Notes under the pieces: model-generated
What the model saw: the letters and a program-made list of their open reading frames with translations, nothing else
What the model was told of the DNA's origin: nothing
Database searches by the model: none
Shown here: in pieces, positions 28,178 through 37,978 of the stretch
Numbering within the stretch: the stretch's first letter is position 1
Layout: every line of letters starts with the position of its first letter
Made by a program: the position numbers and the translations under genes
NCBI GenBank assembly: GCA_001782825.1
Contig: MFPS01000009.1
Span: 31,770 to 95,769 of the forward strand
DNA: 64,000 nt
DNA from: Candidatus Magasanikbacteria bacterium RIFCSPHIGHO2_01_FULL_33_34
GTDB lineage: Bacteria; Patescibacteriota; Patescibacteriia; Magasanikbacterales; UBA922
Reading direction: 5' to 3'

Positions 28178-29011
28178 TTAAAGAATCTCAAATAAAATAT
28201 TTATATTTAATGTAACATCAGTCGAACCTGATTCAATTGAAGGTGATTCAGCACCACCAACCCCATAATCCATAGCTTTCATTGCATACATTGGACTAGG
28301 CAATCCACTTCCTGAATATTCATCATATGAAATGATACCAACAAATTTAACACCCAAAGATTGACGTAATGCTTTTGCTTTCTCTCCGATTTTTTTCATA
28401 GCATCTTCTCTAGCTTCATTCAAATATACATCCATATCATCAATTGTAAACTGTAGTCCACCGACATTATTCGCACCTACAACACCCGCAAGTGAAATCA
28501 CATCATCAACTTTATCAAGATCACGTATTTTTACTGATACATTTTGTGAAACTGTATAACCCTTCAATACACTACCTCTATCTTCTAGATAATCATATTG
28601 CGGATAAATACTATAGTTACTAGTTTGGATATCTTTTTCTTCAATTTCCAATTGTTTTAATCTAGAAATCAAATCATTCATTACTTTTGTATTCTTAGCC
28701 TGAGCTTCTTCTACTGTCTCTGCGTCCGAAGTCATACCCATAGAAGTAACCGCAATATCTGGTTTGGCGACTACTTTGCCAACTGCTTGAAGAGAAATTG
28801 TTCTTTCTTGCTTGTCTGCGCGACCAATATAATAGAACTCCTTTAGATTATTTCTAATCATCGTTGCAAGCAAAACCAAAAAATAAACTAAAAGTAAAAT
28901 TAAAAAAGTATAAAGAAACTTCTTATAAACACCATTACCAGACCAAGCATTCTTTTCACAGCATTCATTAGTGTTTTCACTTATTTTATCCATTGTTTTT
29001 TTGACAGACAT
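28178..29011 (-). CDS. SIMPL (DUF541) domain protein
   Basis: N-terminal TM; GKVVAKPDIA, DIQTSNYSIYPQY, GANNVGGLQF. Confidence 0.88.
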   Translation of the reverse strand: MSVKKTMDKISENTNECCEKNAWSGNGVYKKFLYTFLILLLVYFLVLLATMIRNNLKEFYYIGRADKQERTISLQAVGKVVAKPDIAVTSMGMTSDAETVEEAQAKNTKVMNDLISRLKQLEIEEKDIQTSNYSIYPQYDYLEDRGSVLKGYTVSQNVSVKIRDLDKVDDVISLAGVVGANNVGGLQFTIDDMDVYLNEAREDAMKKIGEKAKALRQSLGVKFVGIISYDEYSGSGLPSPMYAMKAMDYGVGGAESPSIESGSTDVTLNINILFEIL

Positions 29012-29047
29012 ATATTTTATATTTAAAAATATTTTTTATTAACAAAA

Positions 29048-30244
29048 TTATTTAAGTGCCTCAATACCAGGCAACTTCCGACCAGACAAAAATTCCAGCA
29101 TTGCGCCACCTCCAGTCGATATCAAATCTACAAACTCACCCATTTCTATTTCTTTCATTGCTTGTAATGTTTCACCACCACCAATTACACCATAAGCCCG
29201 TCCTTTTGAACGAGACGCAACCAATCTGGCAATAGACAAAGTACCTATATTATACGGTTTTTGTTCAAAATATCCAACTGCCCCATTCCACACAATCGTT
29301 TGAGATTTTTTTATGTATGATGAAAACAGACAAATACTCTCTGGTCCAATATCATAAATAGCTTCATGCCCTGTACAAATATTATGTGGTTTCTTGCCCA
29401 ATCGTACAATTCTAAAATTTCTTCCTTTGTTATCACCTACAACTAAATCCACTGGTAAAATCATTTTTCTTTTTTTCCCCATTTTTTTCATTATTTTGTC
29501 ACAAGACCCATCCACTTTAGACATTCCTACTCCATATTTTCTACATTTCAAATATGAATTCAAAATACCTCCACCAATCAATATATTACTAACCTTTGGT
29601 AATAAATTTAACATTACTGGCACCTTTGTACTTACTTTTATTCCACCCATAATTGCAATAAATGGTTTTTTTGGTTTTTTTAATATTTTTTTTAGACCAT
29701 TTATTTCTTCTTCTAAAAGTAAACCAGCATAACTAGGCAAATATTTGGCCACACCAGTCACAGATGCTGAAGCCCTATGAGCTACTGCAAAACCATCCAA
29801 AACAAAAGCATCAGCAAGACTAGCCAAATCTTTTGCCAGAGTACCAGTATTTTTACTCTCATACGGAGAAAATCTAATATTATCAAACATTACCACCTGC
29901 CCCAATTCCATCTGATCAATACTATCTCTCAATTTATGCAAAGCTTCATTATTAAATTTAAAATTCTTTGTTTCAATTTTTTTAACTTGTTTTTTCAAAA
30001 GATTACTCAAACACTCCGCCACACTATCTAACTTTAATTCCGGAACAACCTCTCCATCTGGTCTGCCCAAATGAGCAATCAAAATAACTTTGGCACCAGC
30101 ATCAGACAAATATTTGATTGTCGGTAGTGAAGCTACTATCCGAGAATCATCAATTACTGATTTATTTTTAATAGGAACATTAAAATCCACTCTGACAAGT
30201 ATTTTCATCCCTTTTAAATTTTTTATGGATTTTATTGTTTGCAT
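29048..30244 (-). CDS. pgk: Phosphoglycerate kinase
   Basis: RVDFNVP, HLGRP, AHRA.AS, WNG..G.FE, STGGGA.LEFL. Confidence 0.95.
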   Translation of the reverse strand: MQTIKSIKNLKGMKILVRVDFNVPIKNKSVIDDSRIVASLPTIKYLSDAGAKVILIAHLGRPDGEVVPELKLDSVAECLSNLLKKQVKKIETKNFKFNNEALHKLRDSIDQMELGQVVMFDNIRFSPYESKNTGTLAKDLASLADAFVLDGFAVAHRASASVTGVAKYLPSYAGLLLEEEINGLKKILKKPKKPFIAIMGGIKVSTKVPVMLNLLPKVSNILIGGGILNSYLKCRKYGVGMSKVDGSCDKIMKKMGKKRKMILPVDLVVGDNKGRNFRIVRLGKKPHNICTGHEAIYDIGPESICLFSSYIKKSQTIVWNGAVGYFEQKPYNIGTLSIARLVASRSKGRAYGVIGGGETLQAMKEIEMGEFVDLISTGGGAMLEFLSGRKLPGIEALK

Positions 30245-30267
30245 AAAAATAAAAGACGGTTCCAATT

Positions 30268-31266
30268 TTATTTCACTATCTTCACTGCCATCTCAACCAA
30301 ACGATTGGCATAACCCCATTCATTGTCATACCATGCGATTACCTTTACCAAATTTCCATCAAGCACTTTGGTCAAAGTCAAATCTACAATGGCTGAATGT
30401 TGATCACCTACAAAATCACTAGAAACCAATGGTTCATCTGTTGTAGACAATATTCCTTTCAAATAAGTTTTCTCGGCTCGTTTGAAAGCATTGTTTATAC
30501 TTTCAACAGTAGCCTTATCTTTCAAAAGAAATACAAAATCAGTCAATGAAACAGTAATTGTCGGCACACGAATTGCCATACCATCAAACTTGTCAACTAA
30601 CTCTGGTATAACCCTAGTCACAGCTAAGGCTGCGCCCGTTGAAGTCGGAACAATATTTTGTGCAGCTGCTCGTGCTCTGCGCAAATCTTTGTGTGGGCCA
30701 TCTTGTAAATTCTGATCAGCCGTATATGAATGCACAGTTGTCAAAAAACCTTTTTCAATACCAAATTTTCTATTGATTATGTCCACTACAGGCCCAGCAC
30801 AATTGGTAGTACAAGATGCAATGTCAATTATATTTTGGTTATTATAACTATCACTATTTACTCCACAAACAAAACCTTGCACACCATCGCCTTTGGATGG
30901 AGCCGAAATAATAACTTTTTTTGCTCCGGCTTTTAAATGCATTCCCGCTTTTTCTTTGGTTCTAAAAGCTCCAGTGCATTCCAATACCACATCAACACCC
31001 AGCTCTTTCCAAGGAAGTTTAGCTGGTTCTTTTGTTGCATATACTTTTATTTTCTTTCCATTTACTATCAGATGATTACTGTCCGAAGTCACTTTTTTGG
31101 TATATCTTGAATATGCCGTATCATATTTGAGTAAATGCGCAATAGTTTTGGTATCCGTCAAATCATTAATTGCAACAATTTCAATATTTTTATTATTAAC
31201 AGCAACTTTAAAAGCATGTCTACCAATCCTCCCAAACCCATTTATTGCTAACTTAATTTTTGACAT
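30268..31266 (-). CDS. gap: Glyceraldehyde-3-phosphate dehydrogenase (type I)
   Basis: INGFGRIGR, ASCTTNC, WYDNEWGY. Confidence 0.97.
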   Translation of the reverse strand: MSKIKLAINGFGRIGRHAFKVAVNNKNIEIVAINDLTDTKTIAHLLKYDTAYSRYTKKVTSDSNHLIVNGKKIKVYATKEPAKLPWKELGVDVVLECTGAFRTKEKAGMHLKAGAKKVIISAPSKGDGVQGFVCGVNSDSYNNQNIIDIASCTTNCAGPVVDIINRKFGIEKGFLTTVHSYTADQNLQDGPHKDLRRARAAAQNIVPTSTGAALAVTRVIPELVDKFDGMAIRVPTITVSLTDFVFLLKDKATVESINNAFKRAEKTYLKGILSTTDEPLVSSDFVGDQHSAIVDLTLTKVLDGNLVKVIAWYDNEWGYANRLVEMAVKIVK

Positions 31267-31374
31267 AATAATTTTTAATATATATGTAAATTTACTATCT
31301 TTGCAGACAGTATTTATCATAATTATTTTACCACAACTAATCTAAATACAAAAGCCCTGCATATTAACAAAATT

Positions 31375-32082
31375 TCAACCTTCCAAATGTTTCATCCTAT
31401 CTCTCACTTGTTTTATTGCTATAGCAATTGCCGTAAACAAAAATAAAAATATTATGCCTAGCGGTACCAAAAGATAAACTAATGTTTGCCCAAAAAACTT
31501 CTTTAAAATAAATAAACCAAAAAAATCTTCTTTAGGTCTTTGTAAAATTTTACTATTTCTAAGTATTGCTTTAGTATCAAATATTTTTTCATCACCCACT
31601 ATCAAAACGAATTTTTCTGTATTTTCTTTGCCATATACTTCTATTGTATAATCACCCGCAATCATATTTACACCTTCCGTATCCAAATCATTTGAATTTT
31701 GGGAAGCTAATTCTGGACCCCAAAGATAATTTTTGCCACCCAATTTTTTATAAAACTTTCGCCACTTCGACTCTATTCCATCCAAAAAAACAATCTCTTC
31801 TCTTTCACCTTCTTTATTTTGAAAATATATTTTGGCAAATATATTTTTATCTGGCTCTTTTATATCTGGGACCAACAAACCAATATACAAATTAAAATCT
31901 TCTTCCATTGCAATCTGGAAAGTACTAGTAACTCCATTAAGATTTCCATAAAAAGCCTGCGCAATCATTGGATCTTCAATAATAGTAAAATCACTACTTA
32001 TTACTTCAAACTGATGCGCTGATACGCCTAAAGGGAAAAACAAAAAAGAAAAAAATATAATTGTTTTCAATTTTAATAACAT
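31375..32082 (-). CDS. Hypothetical exported protein with C-terminal membrane anchor
   Basis: Signal peptide ending VSA and a C-terminal hydrophobic helix. Confidence 0.65.
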   Translation of the reverse strand: MLLKLKTIIFFSFLFFPLGVSAHQFEVISSDFTIIEDPMIAQAFYGNLNGVTSTFQIAMEEDFNLYIGLLVPDIKEPDKNIFAKIYFQNKEGEREEIVFLDGIESKWRKFYKKLGGKNYLWGPELASQNSNDLDTEGVNMIAGDYTIEVYGKENTEKFVLIVGDEKIFDTKAILRNSKILQRPKEDFFGLFILKKFFGQTLVYLLVPLGIIFLFLFTAIAIAIKQVRDRMKHLEG

Positions 32083-32141
32083 ATCATAATTATATCACAA
32101 AAATAAAAAAACTGCTCTCTCGAGCAATTTTTTTAATTTTA

Positions 32142-33365
32142 CTATATTGTGAAATTACCCTCTTTCTTTGTTTTATTATCTGCTGGATCTTTTGATTCAA
32201 CTTGGAAATAATATGTTCCTGACACTAAACCACTTAATTCAACTGTGTGGGTAAATGTTCCATTATTATTCTCTACAGTAACTGCGTCTACAGAAAATTC
32301 ATAAGTTGATGTAACAACAGTAGATGTAGGTGTATTATAATTTAATTCACTAGTTGCAGATTCATCTGTTGACCAAGTTATAGTTGCGCTTGTAGAAGTC
32401 ACAGTTACATTAAGACCGGATATAACTGGAGCAGTTGTGTCTGTAGTGGTACCATTGTCATCTGATTTACATTCACCCTCATTATCTCCATGAGACAAAT
32501 GAGCATTTAAAGCTGACCTAGAAACACTGATTGTGTGCTTATTACTGATATTTCCTGGTGGAATATGACATACCCTAACCTTACTGTTATCTACCTCATT
32601 CTCATCAAGAACCTCTAATTCATCTTCGTCTTCTTCATTGACTACTTCGTCATCACTACCACCATCTCTATGTTTTTGATGTGGCTTCAAAAATGCTCTT
32701 GTTGCTTTTACAGCCCCACTTCTTAAATGAAGCTTTGCAAAAACACCCCAATTAACAACCCGAACATCATCCTCATCAACCTCAGATGTATCTTCTAATT
32801 TCTTTAATACTCCATTTTCTACATAAAAAATGCCTTCCATACGTGGGGTTTGTAAAAACATTCCATCATGAGGTCTTGAATCCTTTATTTCTTGACCTCT
32901 GTTTTTGAAATTTGGCCAAAATGCATCAGAAACATCACGCACAAGTTTTGCCCAATTTGGTCCATAAAGTTCACGAGCAACTTGTTCACTACCAATTTTT
33001 CTTAATCTATTTCCTGGTTCAATTACATATACTGATGGCGATATTTTGACTTTTACCAATCTTGAACCTGGACGATAGTTAACTCCAAATGGAGGATCCA
33101 ATGGGGCTGGATAGGCGTCTACACAAGTTTCTGGTATTTCTACAACAGATGAATAATCATCATACCAACTTTTAAATACATCCGCATGTGGAAAATACAA
33201 TCGCTTGAGATTGTCATCCAATAAATACACCGCACTATGTCCTGTCACCTTAAAAATATCACCAGCTACAAGAGTAGGACAATCTGACTCTTGAGCATGG
33301 ACTGGAACAGCAAATACCATTCCGATTGCTAAAGCAAATAAAGCAAATAGATTTATTTTCTTCAT
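32142..33365 (-). CDS. Secreted modular protein with a C-terminal FN3-like domain
   Basis: Signal peptide; CHIPPGN..H..HGD motif; DTTAPVIS..SATITWSTDE..H.V.LSGL..YYFQV FN3-like module. Confidence 0.7.
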   Translation of the reverse strand: MKKINLFALFALAIGMVFAVPVHAQESDCPTLVAGDIFKVTGHSAVYLLDDNLKRLYFPHADVFKSWYDDYSSVVEIPETCVDAYPAPLDPPFGVNYRPGSRLVKVKISPSVYVIEPGNRLRKIGSEQVARELYGPNWAKLVRDVSDAFWPNFKNRGQEIKDSRPHDGMFLQTPRMEGIFYVENGVLKKLEDTSEVDEDDVRVVNWGVFAKLHLRSGAVKATRAFLKPHQKHRDGGSDDEVVNEEDEDELEVLDENEVDNSKVRVCHIPPGNISNKHTISVSRSALNAHLSHGDNEGECKSDDNGTTTDTTAPVISGLNVTVTSTSATITWSTDESATSELNYNTPTSTVVTSTYEFSVDAVTVENNNGTFTHTVELSGLVSGTYYFQVESKDPADNKTKKEGNFTI

Positions 33366-33444
33366 ATTATATTAAATTATATTAAATTAATTATTTTTTT
33401 ATTATACATTATCTAAAAAATTCTTTCAAATAAACAAAGTAGAT

Positions 33445-33816
33445 TTAGAATTTAGTATATTTGATTGCCCTGCCTTTTGCTTTTTCTATAGGATATTTTA
33501 ATTTTGCTTTTGCAATTTTATTTTTTGTCAAAGTTGCCACATCTAATCCTGCAATATTTGCAAAAGCAAGACAAAGATTAATCACATCAGCCAATTCATC
33601 AGACACTTCTTCTCTAAATTCTAAATCATTCTCCATCTGCTTAGTAAAATCTTCTGACTTATGCCACAAAAAAAGTTCCAAAAGTTCACCTGCCTCAACT
33701 GAAATCGCTACTGCTAAATCTTTTACATTGTGAAATTTTTCCCAATCACGCTCATCACGAAACTCCCTCATCAATTCCTTCAATTCAAAAACATTTGTAT
33801 TTTTATCATTAATCAT
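33445..33816 (-). CDS. MazG-like nucleotide pyrophosphohydrolase
   Basis: ERDWEKFH..KDLA..EAGELLE...DELADV...KYP. Confidence 0.88.
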   Translation of the reverse strand: MINDKNTNVFELKELMREFRDERDWEKFHNVKDLAVAISVEAGELLELFLWHKSEDFTKQMENDLEFREEVSDELADVINLCLAFANIAGLDVATLTKNKIAKAKLKYPIEKAKGRAIKYTKF

Positions 33817-33835
33817 AATTAAAAATATATTAATC

Positions 33836-34027
33836 TTATAAAATTTCCTGTACACGCCCCACTTGTCCATCTTCCAAACGGACTTTGATACCCCTTGGAT
33901 GAAATTGACTATTGGTTAAAATATCTTGGACCACTCCACGCGTAAGTTCACCTGTTCTTTGATCTTCTTTCAAGACTACCATTACTTCCATACCAATATC
34001 TATATCATTTCTATTTTGTCCATTCAT
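33836..34027 (-). CDS. YwbE family protein
   Basis: MNGQNR...KEDQRTG.LT.GVV.DILT.S.FHPRGIKVRLEDGQVGRV. Confidence 0.88.
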   Translation of the reverse strand: MNGQNRNDIDIGMEVMVVLKEDQRTGELTRGVVQDILTNSQFHPRGIKVRLEDGQVGRVQEIL

Positions 34028-34252
34028 ATTATTTCTTTTAATCTAAATAGTTATTTAAAAGTAAATTTAATATATCACAAATATAACAAAAAATCGCCTA
34101 TCTGGCGAACTGATCTATCCCTAAAATAACATCAGGGTTCTCGTGAGAGAACCCTTTAGTATTAGGAAGTGGTGGTGTTGAGTGGATTTCTATTACTTAT
34201 CTTGTAAGTCTCAGAAATCCACTCGCTACCAACTTAACTTTCTAATAAATAT

Positions 34253-34281
34253 ATTATACACCAAATACCATATTCTGTCAA
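34253..34281 (-). promoter_or_regulatory. Consensus sigma70 promoter
   Basis: Minus-strand TTGACA (34276-34281), 17-nt spacer, TATAAT (34253-34258). Confidence 0.75.
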
Positions 34282-34342
34282 TACCTAGATGGGGATAACT
34301 TTAAAATATAGCTAAAATAAGCCAAATATAATACAATATATT

Positions 34343-34368
34343 AAAAAATTCCCTTTCGGGAATTTTTT
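34343..34368 (-). terminator. Terminator after tsf
   Basis: AAAAAATTCCC-TTTC-GGGAATTTTTT palindrome. Confidence 0.75.
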
Positions 34369-34370
34369 AT

Positions 34371-35018
34371 TTATCCTAATTGTTCTTCTACTTCTTCAGC
34401 AAAACTTTGTTTTTTCTTTTCAATACCTTCGCCTAGTTCAAATCTTGCAAATCTCCTGATTGAAATTTTTTCTCCAATTTCACTGGTTTTTTCTACAAGA
34501 ATTTGTTCAATTGTTTTGTCTTCATCCTTGATAAAAGGTTGTTCAAGCAAACAAACTTCACTATAATATTTTTTCATTTTTCCTTCCAAAATCTTTTCAA
34601 TCATATCTGCTGGTTTACCCTCAGCTTCAAGTTGTGTTCTGTGAATACTTTTTTCATTTTCCAACTCTGTCGCTGGCACTTCTTCACGAGAAAGATATTT
34701 AGGTGAAGCTGCGGCAATATGCATAGCAATATCCACAGTCAAAGCTTTAAAAATATCATTTTTGGCCACAAAATCAGTTTCTGAATTTATCTCAACAAGT
34801 ACTCCAATTTTGCCAGCACCATGAATATAACTTACCACCGCACCTTCCGCGGCAATTTTACCAGCTCGCTTTGCAGCTTTAGTTATTCCTTTTTCACGAA
34901 GATAATTTATTGCTTTTTCAAAGTCGCCATTGGTCTCATCAAGCGCATGTTTACAATCAAGCATACCTGCTCCTGTTTGAGCTCGGAGCTTAGCGATGTC
35001 TGAAGCGTTAATAGACAT
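34371..35018 (-). CDS. tsf: Elongation factor Ts (short form)
   Basis: LRAQTGAGMLDCK, EINSETDFVA, IRRFARFELGEG. Confidence 0.96.
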   Translation of the reverse strand: MSINASDIAKLRAQTGAGMLDCKHALDETNGDFEKAINYLREKGITKAAKRAGKIAAEGAVVSYIHGAGKIGVLVEINSETDFVAKNDIFKALTVDIAMHIAAASPKYLSREEVPATELENEKSIHRTQLEAEGKPADMIEKILEGKMKKYYSEVCLLEQPFIKDEDKTIEQILVEKTSEIGEKISIRRFARFELGEGIEKKKQSFAEEVEEQLG

Positions 35019-35054
35019 AGTAATTATTGTTATAGCCCGAAGGCTTTTATTATA

Positions 35055-35831
35055 TTAAGTCCAATCCAAACCTCTTTTTTGTTTTTCTGGAGGTCTTTCA
35101 GCTTTCTTTAAAGAAACTGGTACTTTAATGGTTGGATTCTTTTTATTATATTCTTCTTTACCTTCTTTGACAGCTTCCGCAATTAGGTTAACCATCATTC
35201 TGATTGAATTTACAGCATCATCATTAGCTGGGATTATATATTCAGCTTTATCTGGATTAGAATTTGTATCACAAATTCCAATGATAGGTACACCTGTTTT
35301 GTTTGCTTCCATTACCGCAGTTTTCTCTCTTTGAAGCGCTGGTACAAATAATACATCTGGCATTTCTTCAAGATGAGCCAATCCTACCAAAGTCTTTTCC
35401 ATCTTTTCAAGATCTTTGAGAATTTTTGAACGCTCTTGTTTTGTATATCGTTCCAATTCTCCATTTTCTTTTTGTTCTTTGATATCATTGTATTTCTTAA
35501 ACAATTTTTTCATCTCATCAAAATTTGTCAACAAACCTCCAACCCATCTTTCTACAAGATATGGTGAATCACAACTAATTGCTGCTTCTTTTACTATTTC
35601 ACGAGCTTGTACTTTTGTAGTGATAAAAAGTACTTCTTTACCTTCGGCTGCAAGAGCGCGAACTGCCTCCAAAGTTTCTTCCAACTTTAACTTTGTTTTT
35701 TCTAAATCAATTACATGAACACCATTGCGTTCTGTAAAAATATACTCTTCCATTTTTGGATGCCAACGTGAAGACTGATGTCCAAAATGAACACCGGCCT
35801 GAAGCATCTCCAAGATACTTGGTATCTTCAT
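35055..35831 (-). CDS. rpsB: 30S ribosomal protein S2
   Basis: AGVHFGH...W.PKM, RWVGGLLTNF, DTN, IPANDDA. Confidence 0.97.
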   Translation of the reverse strand: MKIPSILEMLQAGVHFGHQSSRWHPKMEEYIFTERNGVHVIDLEKTKLKLEETLEAVRALAAEGKEVLFITTKVQAREIVKEAAISCDSPYLVERWVGGLLTNFDEMKKLFKKYNDIKEQKENGELERYTKQERSKILKDLEKMEKTLVGLAHLEEMPDVLFVPALQREKTAVMEANKTGVPIIGICDTNSNPDKAEYIIPANDDAVNSIRMMVNLIAEAVKEGKEEYNKKNPTIKVPVSLKKAERPPEKQKRGLDWT

Positions 35832-36006
35832 AAATATTTTCCTTTAACCTCTAATCTGTCTACCCCAGTTGGGCTGGAGAGGAAAAAATGCAGAATATGA
35901 GGGATTAATAATGTTTGATTGGGATTAATGTAGCCCATTCAAGTTGAGAACACTATACTATATATAGATATTTTTGTCAATAACCTTACCACAAATAAAA
36001 ACCTAT

Positions 36007-37053
36007 TTAAAAACCAACCCTACTTGAATCACTAACAATATCATTATTTAATATAGTTTCCATCAAAACTGCACAAACTTGATAAGGATCCATATTTGCA
36101 GCTGGACGACGATCTTCTAGATAACCACAACCTTCTTTAGAAGTTGCCAAAGGAATACGTATAGAAGCCCCACGATCACTCACTCCATAACGAAACTCAT
36201 CAATACTACAAGTTTCATGTAAACCTGTGAGTCTATTATGATTACCATAACCATAAACCTCAATATGTTTTTTATGATTTTGACGCAAGTTCATACAAGC
36301 TTGTTCAATTGCTTTTATACCACCAGGATCGCGCATTGTTTTAGTAGAAAAATTCGTATGAGCGCCAGCCCCATTCCAATCACCTTTCACTGGTTTAGGA
36401 TCCAGAGTAGCTGAAACACCATAATTTTCTGCAACCCTATACAAAAGCCAACGTGAAAGCCATAGTTGATCTGCAACAGCCAAAGGACCCAATGGTCCCA
36501 CTTGAAATTCCCATTGACCTGGCATTACCTCAGCATTAATCCCAGAAATACTTATACCAGCTTCCAGACATACACTCATATGTTCCTCAACAATTTGCCT
36601 ACCAAATACCTCGTCTGATCCAACCCCACAATAATATCCGCCTTGAGGAGCAGGAAATCCATTGTCTGGCCAACCCAGTGGTCTTGAACCTTTGAAAAAG
36701 GTATACTCTTGTTCTATACCAAACCAAGCTTCATGATTTTCATATTTCCTTGCAATTTCACGCAATCTGGCTCTATGATTACTTTTATGAACATTACCAT
36801 TAGCTTCAAACACTTCACACATTACCAAAATATGTGGATTGCCTCGCACAACATCAGCAACAAAATATACTGGCTTTAAAACACAATCACTACTATGGCC
36901 TTCTGCCTGTTGTGTACTGGAACCATCAAACCCCCACTCTGGTATATCACTCACTTGAGATACAACATGATCCAAAATTTTCGTTTTGGATCTCAATTTT
37001 GCGACAGGCTTACTACCATCTATCCAAATATATTCCGCTTTTATTTTTTGCAT
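36007..37053 (-). CDS. glnII: Glutamine synthetase type II
   Basis: 348 aa; AEYIWIDG, WGFDGSST.QAEG, WFGIEQEY, INAEVMPGQWEFQ, DWNGAGAH, GYLEDRRPAANMDPY. Confidence 0.92.
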   Translation of the reverse strand: MQKIKAEYIWIDGSKPVAKLRSKTKILDHVVSQVSDIPEWGFDGSSTQQAEGHSSDCVLKPVYFVADVVRGNPHILVMCEVFEANGNVHKSNHRARLREIARKYENHEAWFGIEQEYTFFKGSRPLGWPDNGFPAPQGGYYCGVGSDEVFGRQIVEEHMSVCLEAGISISGINAEVMPGQWEFQVGPLGPLAVADQLWLSRWLLYRVAENYGVSATLDPKPVKGDWNGAGAHTNFSTKTMRDPGGIKAIEQACMNLRQNHKKHIEVYGYGNHNRLTGLHETCSIDEFRYGVSDRGASIRIPLATSKEGCGYLEDRRPAANMDPYQVCAVLMETILNNDIVSDSSRVGF

Positions 37054-37253
37054 AATTTAAAAAATTAAAATAATTATAATGTATTATTTTAACTAATATA
37101 TTATATAAAAGCAAATAAAAATAAATAATTAAAATTAATGCGATCGTATATAAAAATATAAACAATACTATTGTATCTTACAACTAATATTAATCTATAA
37201 TATGTTGACATTATGAAAAATATGTTATAATAAACCAAAACTAATTTATTCTT

Positions 37254-37970
37254 ATGAATATATTAAAACCACAACAAAAATGGTATCAATCAACTGGCGG
37301 AGCAATATTTTTGGGTATTATAATTTTTTTTCTTGTAGCTGGAATATTATTTATGGGTCTAGTTGGCTACTTTTTATACAATATAAAATACGGTGATACA
37401 AATACTTTATTCAATAAATATGGAAATAATAATCAAATAGAAAAAAAATCTATAAATACTGAAAATTTTATACACGACCATAATCCTATATTTGGTCCGT
37501 CAACTGCACTGGTCACTATATTTGCTTTTGAAGATTTTGAATGTCCATTTTGTAGACAAAGCTTTCCAATCATGAAAAAAATAAAAGAAAAATATGGACC
37601 AGCCATCAGAATTATTTTTAAACACACACCAATAGTCGGGATACATCCAGATTCACTATTAGCCCATATTGCCTCAACTTGCGCGCAAGATCAAAACAAA
37701 TTTTGGGAATATTATGATTTATTATATACCTATCAAAAACTTGACAAAGACTCACTTTTGAGTTATGCTGAATCACTAGCAATTAACAACTCAAAATTCC
37801 AGCAATGTCTAGAAACTAATACCAATTTAAATAATATTGAAACAGATCTCAAAGATGCTGCCCAAATCGGCTTACAAGGGACACCAACATATTTGGTAAA
37901 TGGCAAGCAAATTCAAGGAGTACTTTCTGAAGATGATTGGTCAAATCTAATATTGCAAGAACTTAAATAA
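37254..37970 (+). CDS. Membrane-anchored DsbA-family thiol-disulfide oxidoreductase
   Basis: TM anchor, DFECPFC, GTPT cis-Pro loop. Confidence 0.88.
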   Translation: MNILKPQQKWYQSTGGAIFLGIIIFFLVAGILFMGLVGYFLYNIKYGDTNTLFNKYGNNNQIEKKSINTENFIHDHNPIFGPSTALVTIFAFEDFECPFCRQSFPIMKKIKEKYGPAIRIIFKHTPIVGIHPDSLLAHIASTCAQDQNKFWEYYDLLYTYQKLDKDSLLSYAESLAINNSKFQQCLETNTNLNNIETDLKDAAQIGLQGTPTYLVNGKQIQGVLSEDDWSNLILQELK

Positions 37971-37978
37971 CTTAAGTT

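Noticed and set aside
34371-35018. Truncated tsf pseudogene
   Set aside because: A short EF-Ts of about 200 aa is an established natural form and its motifs are intact
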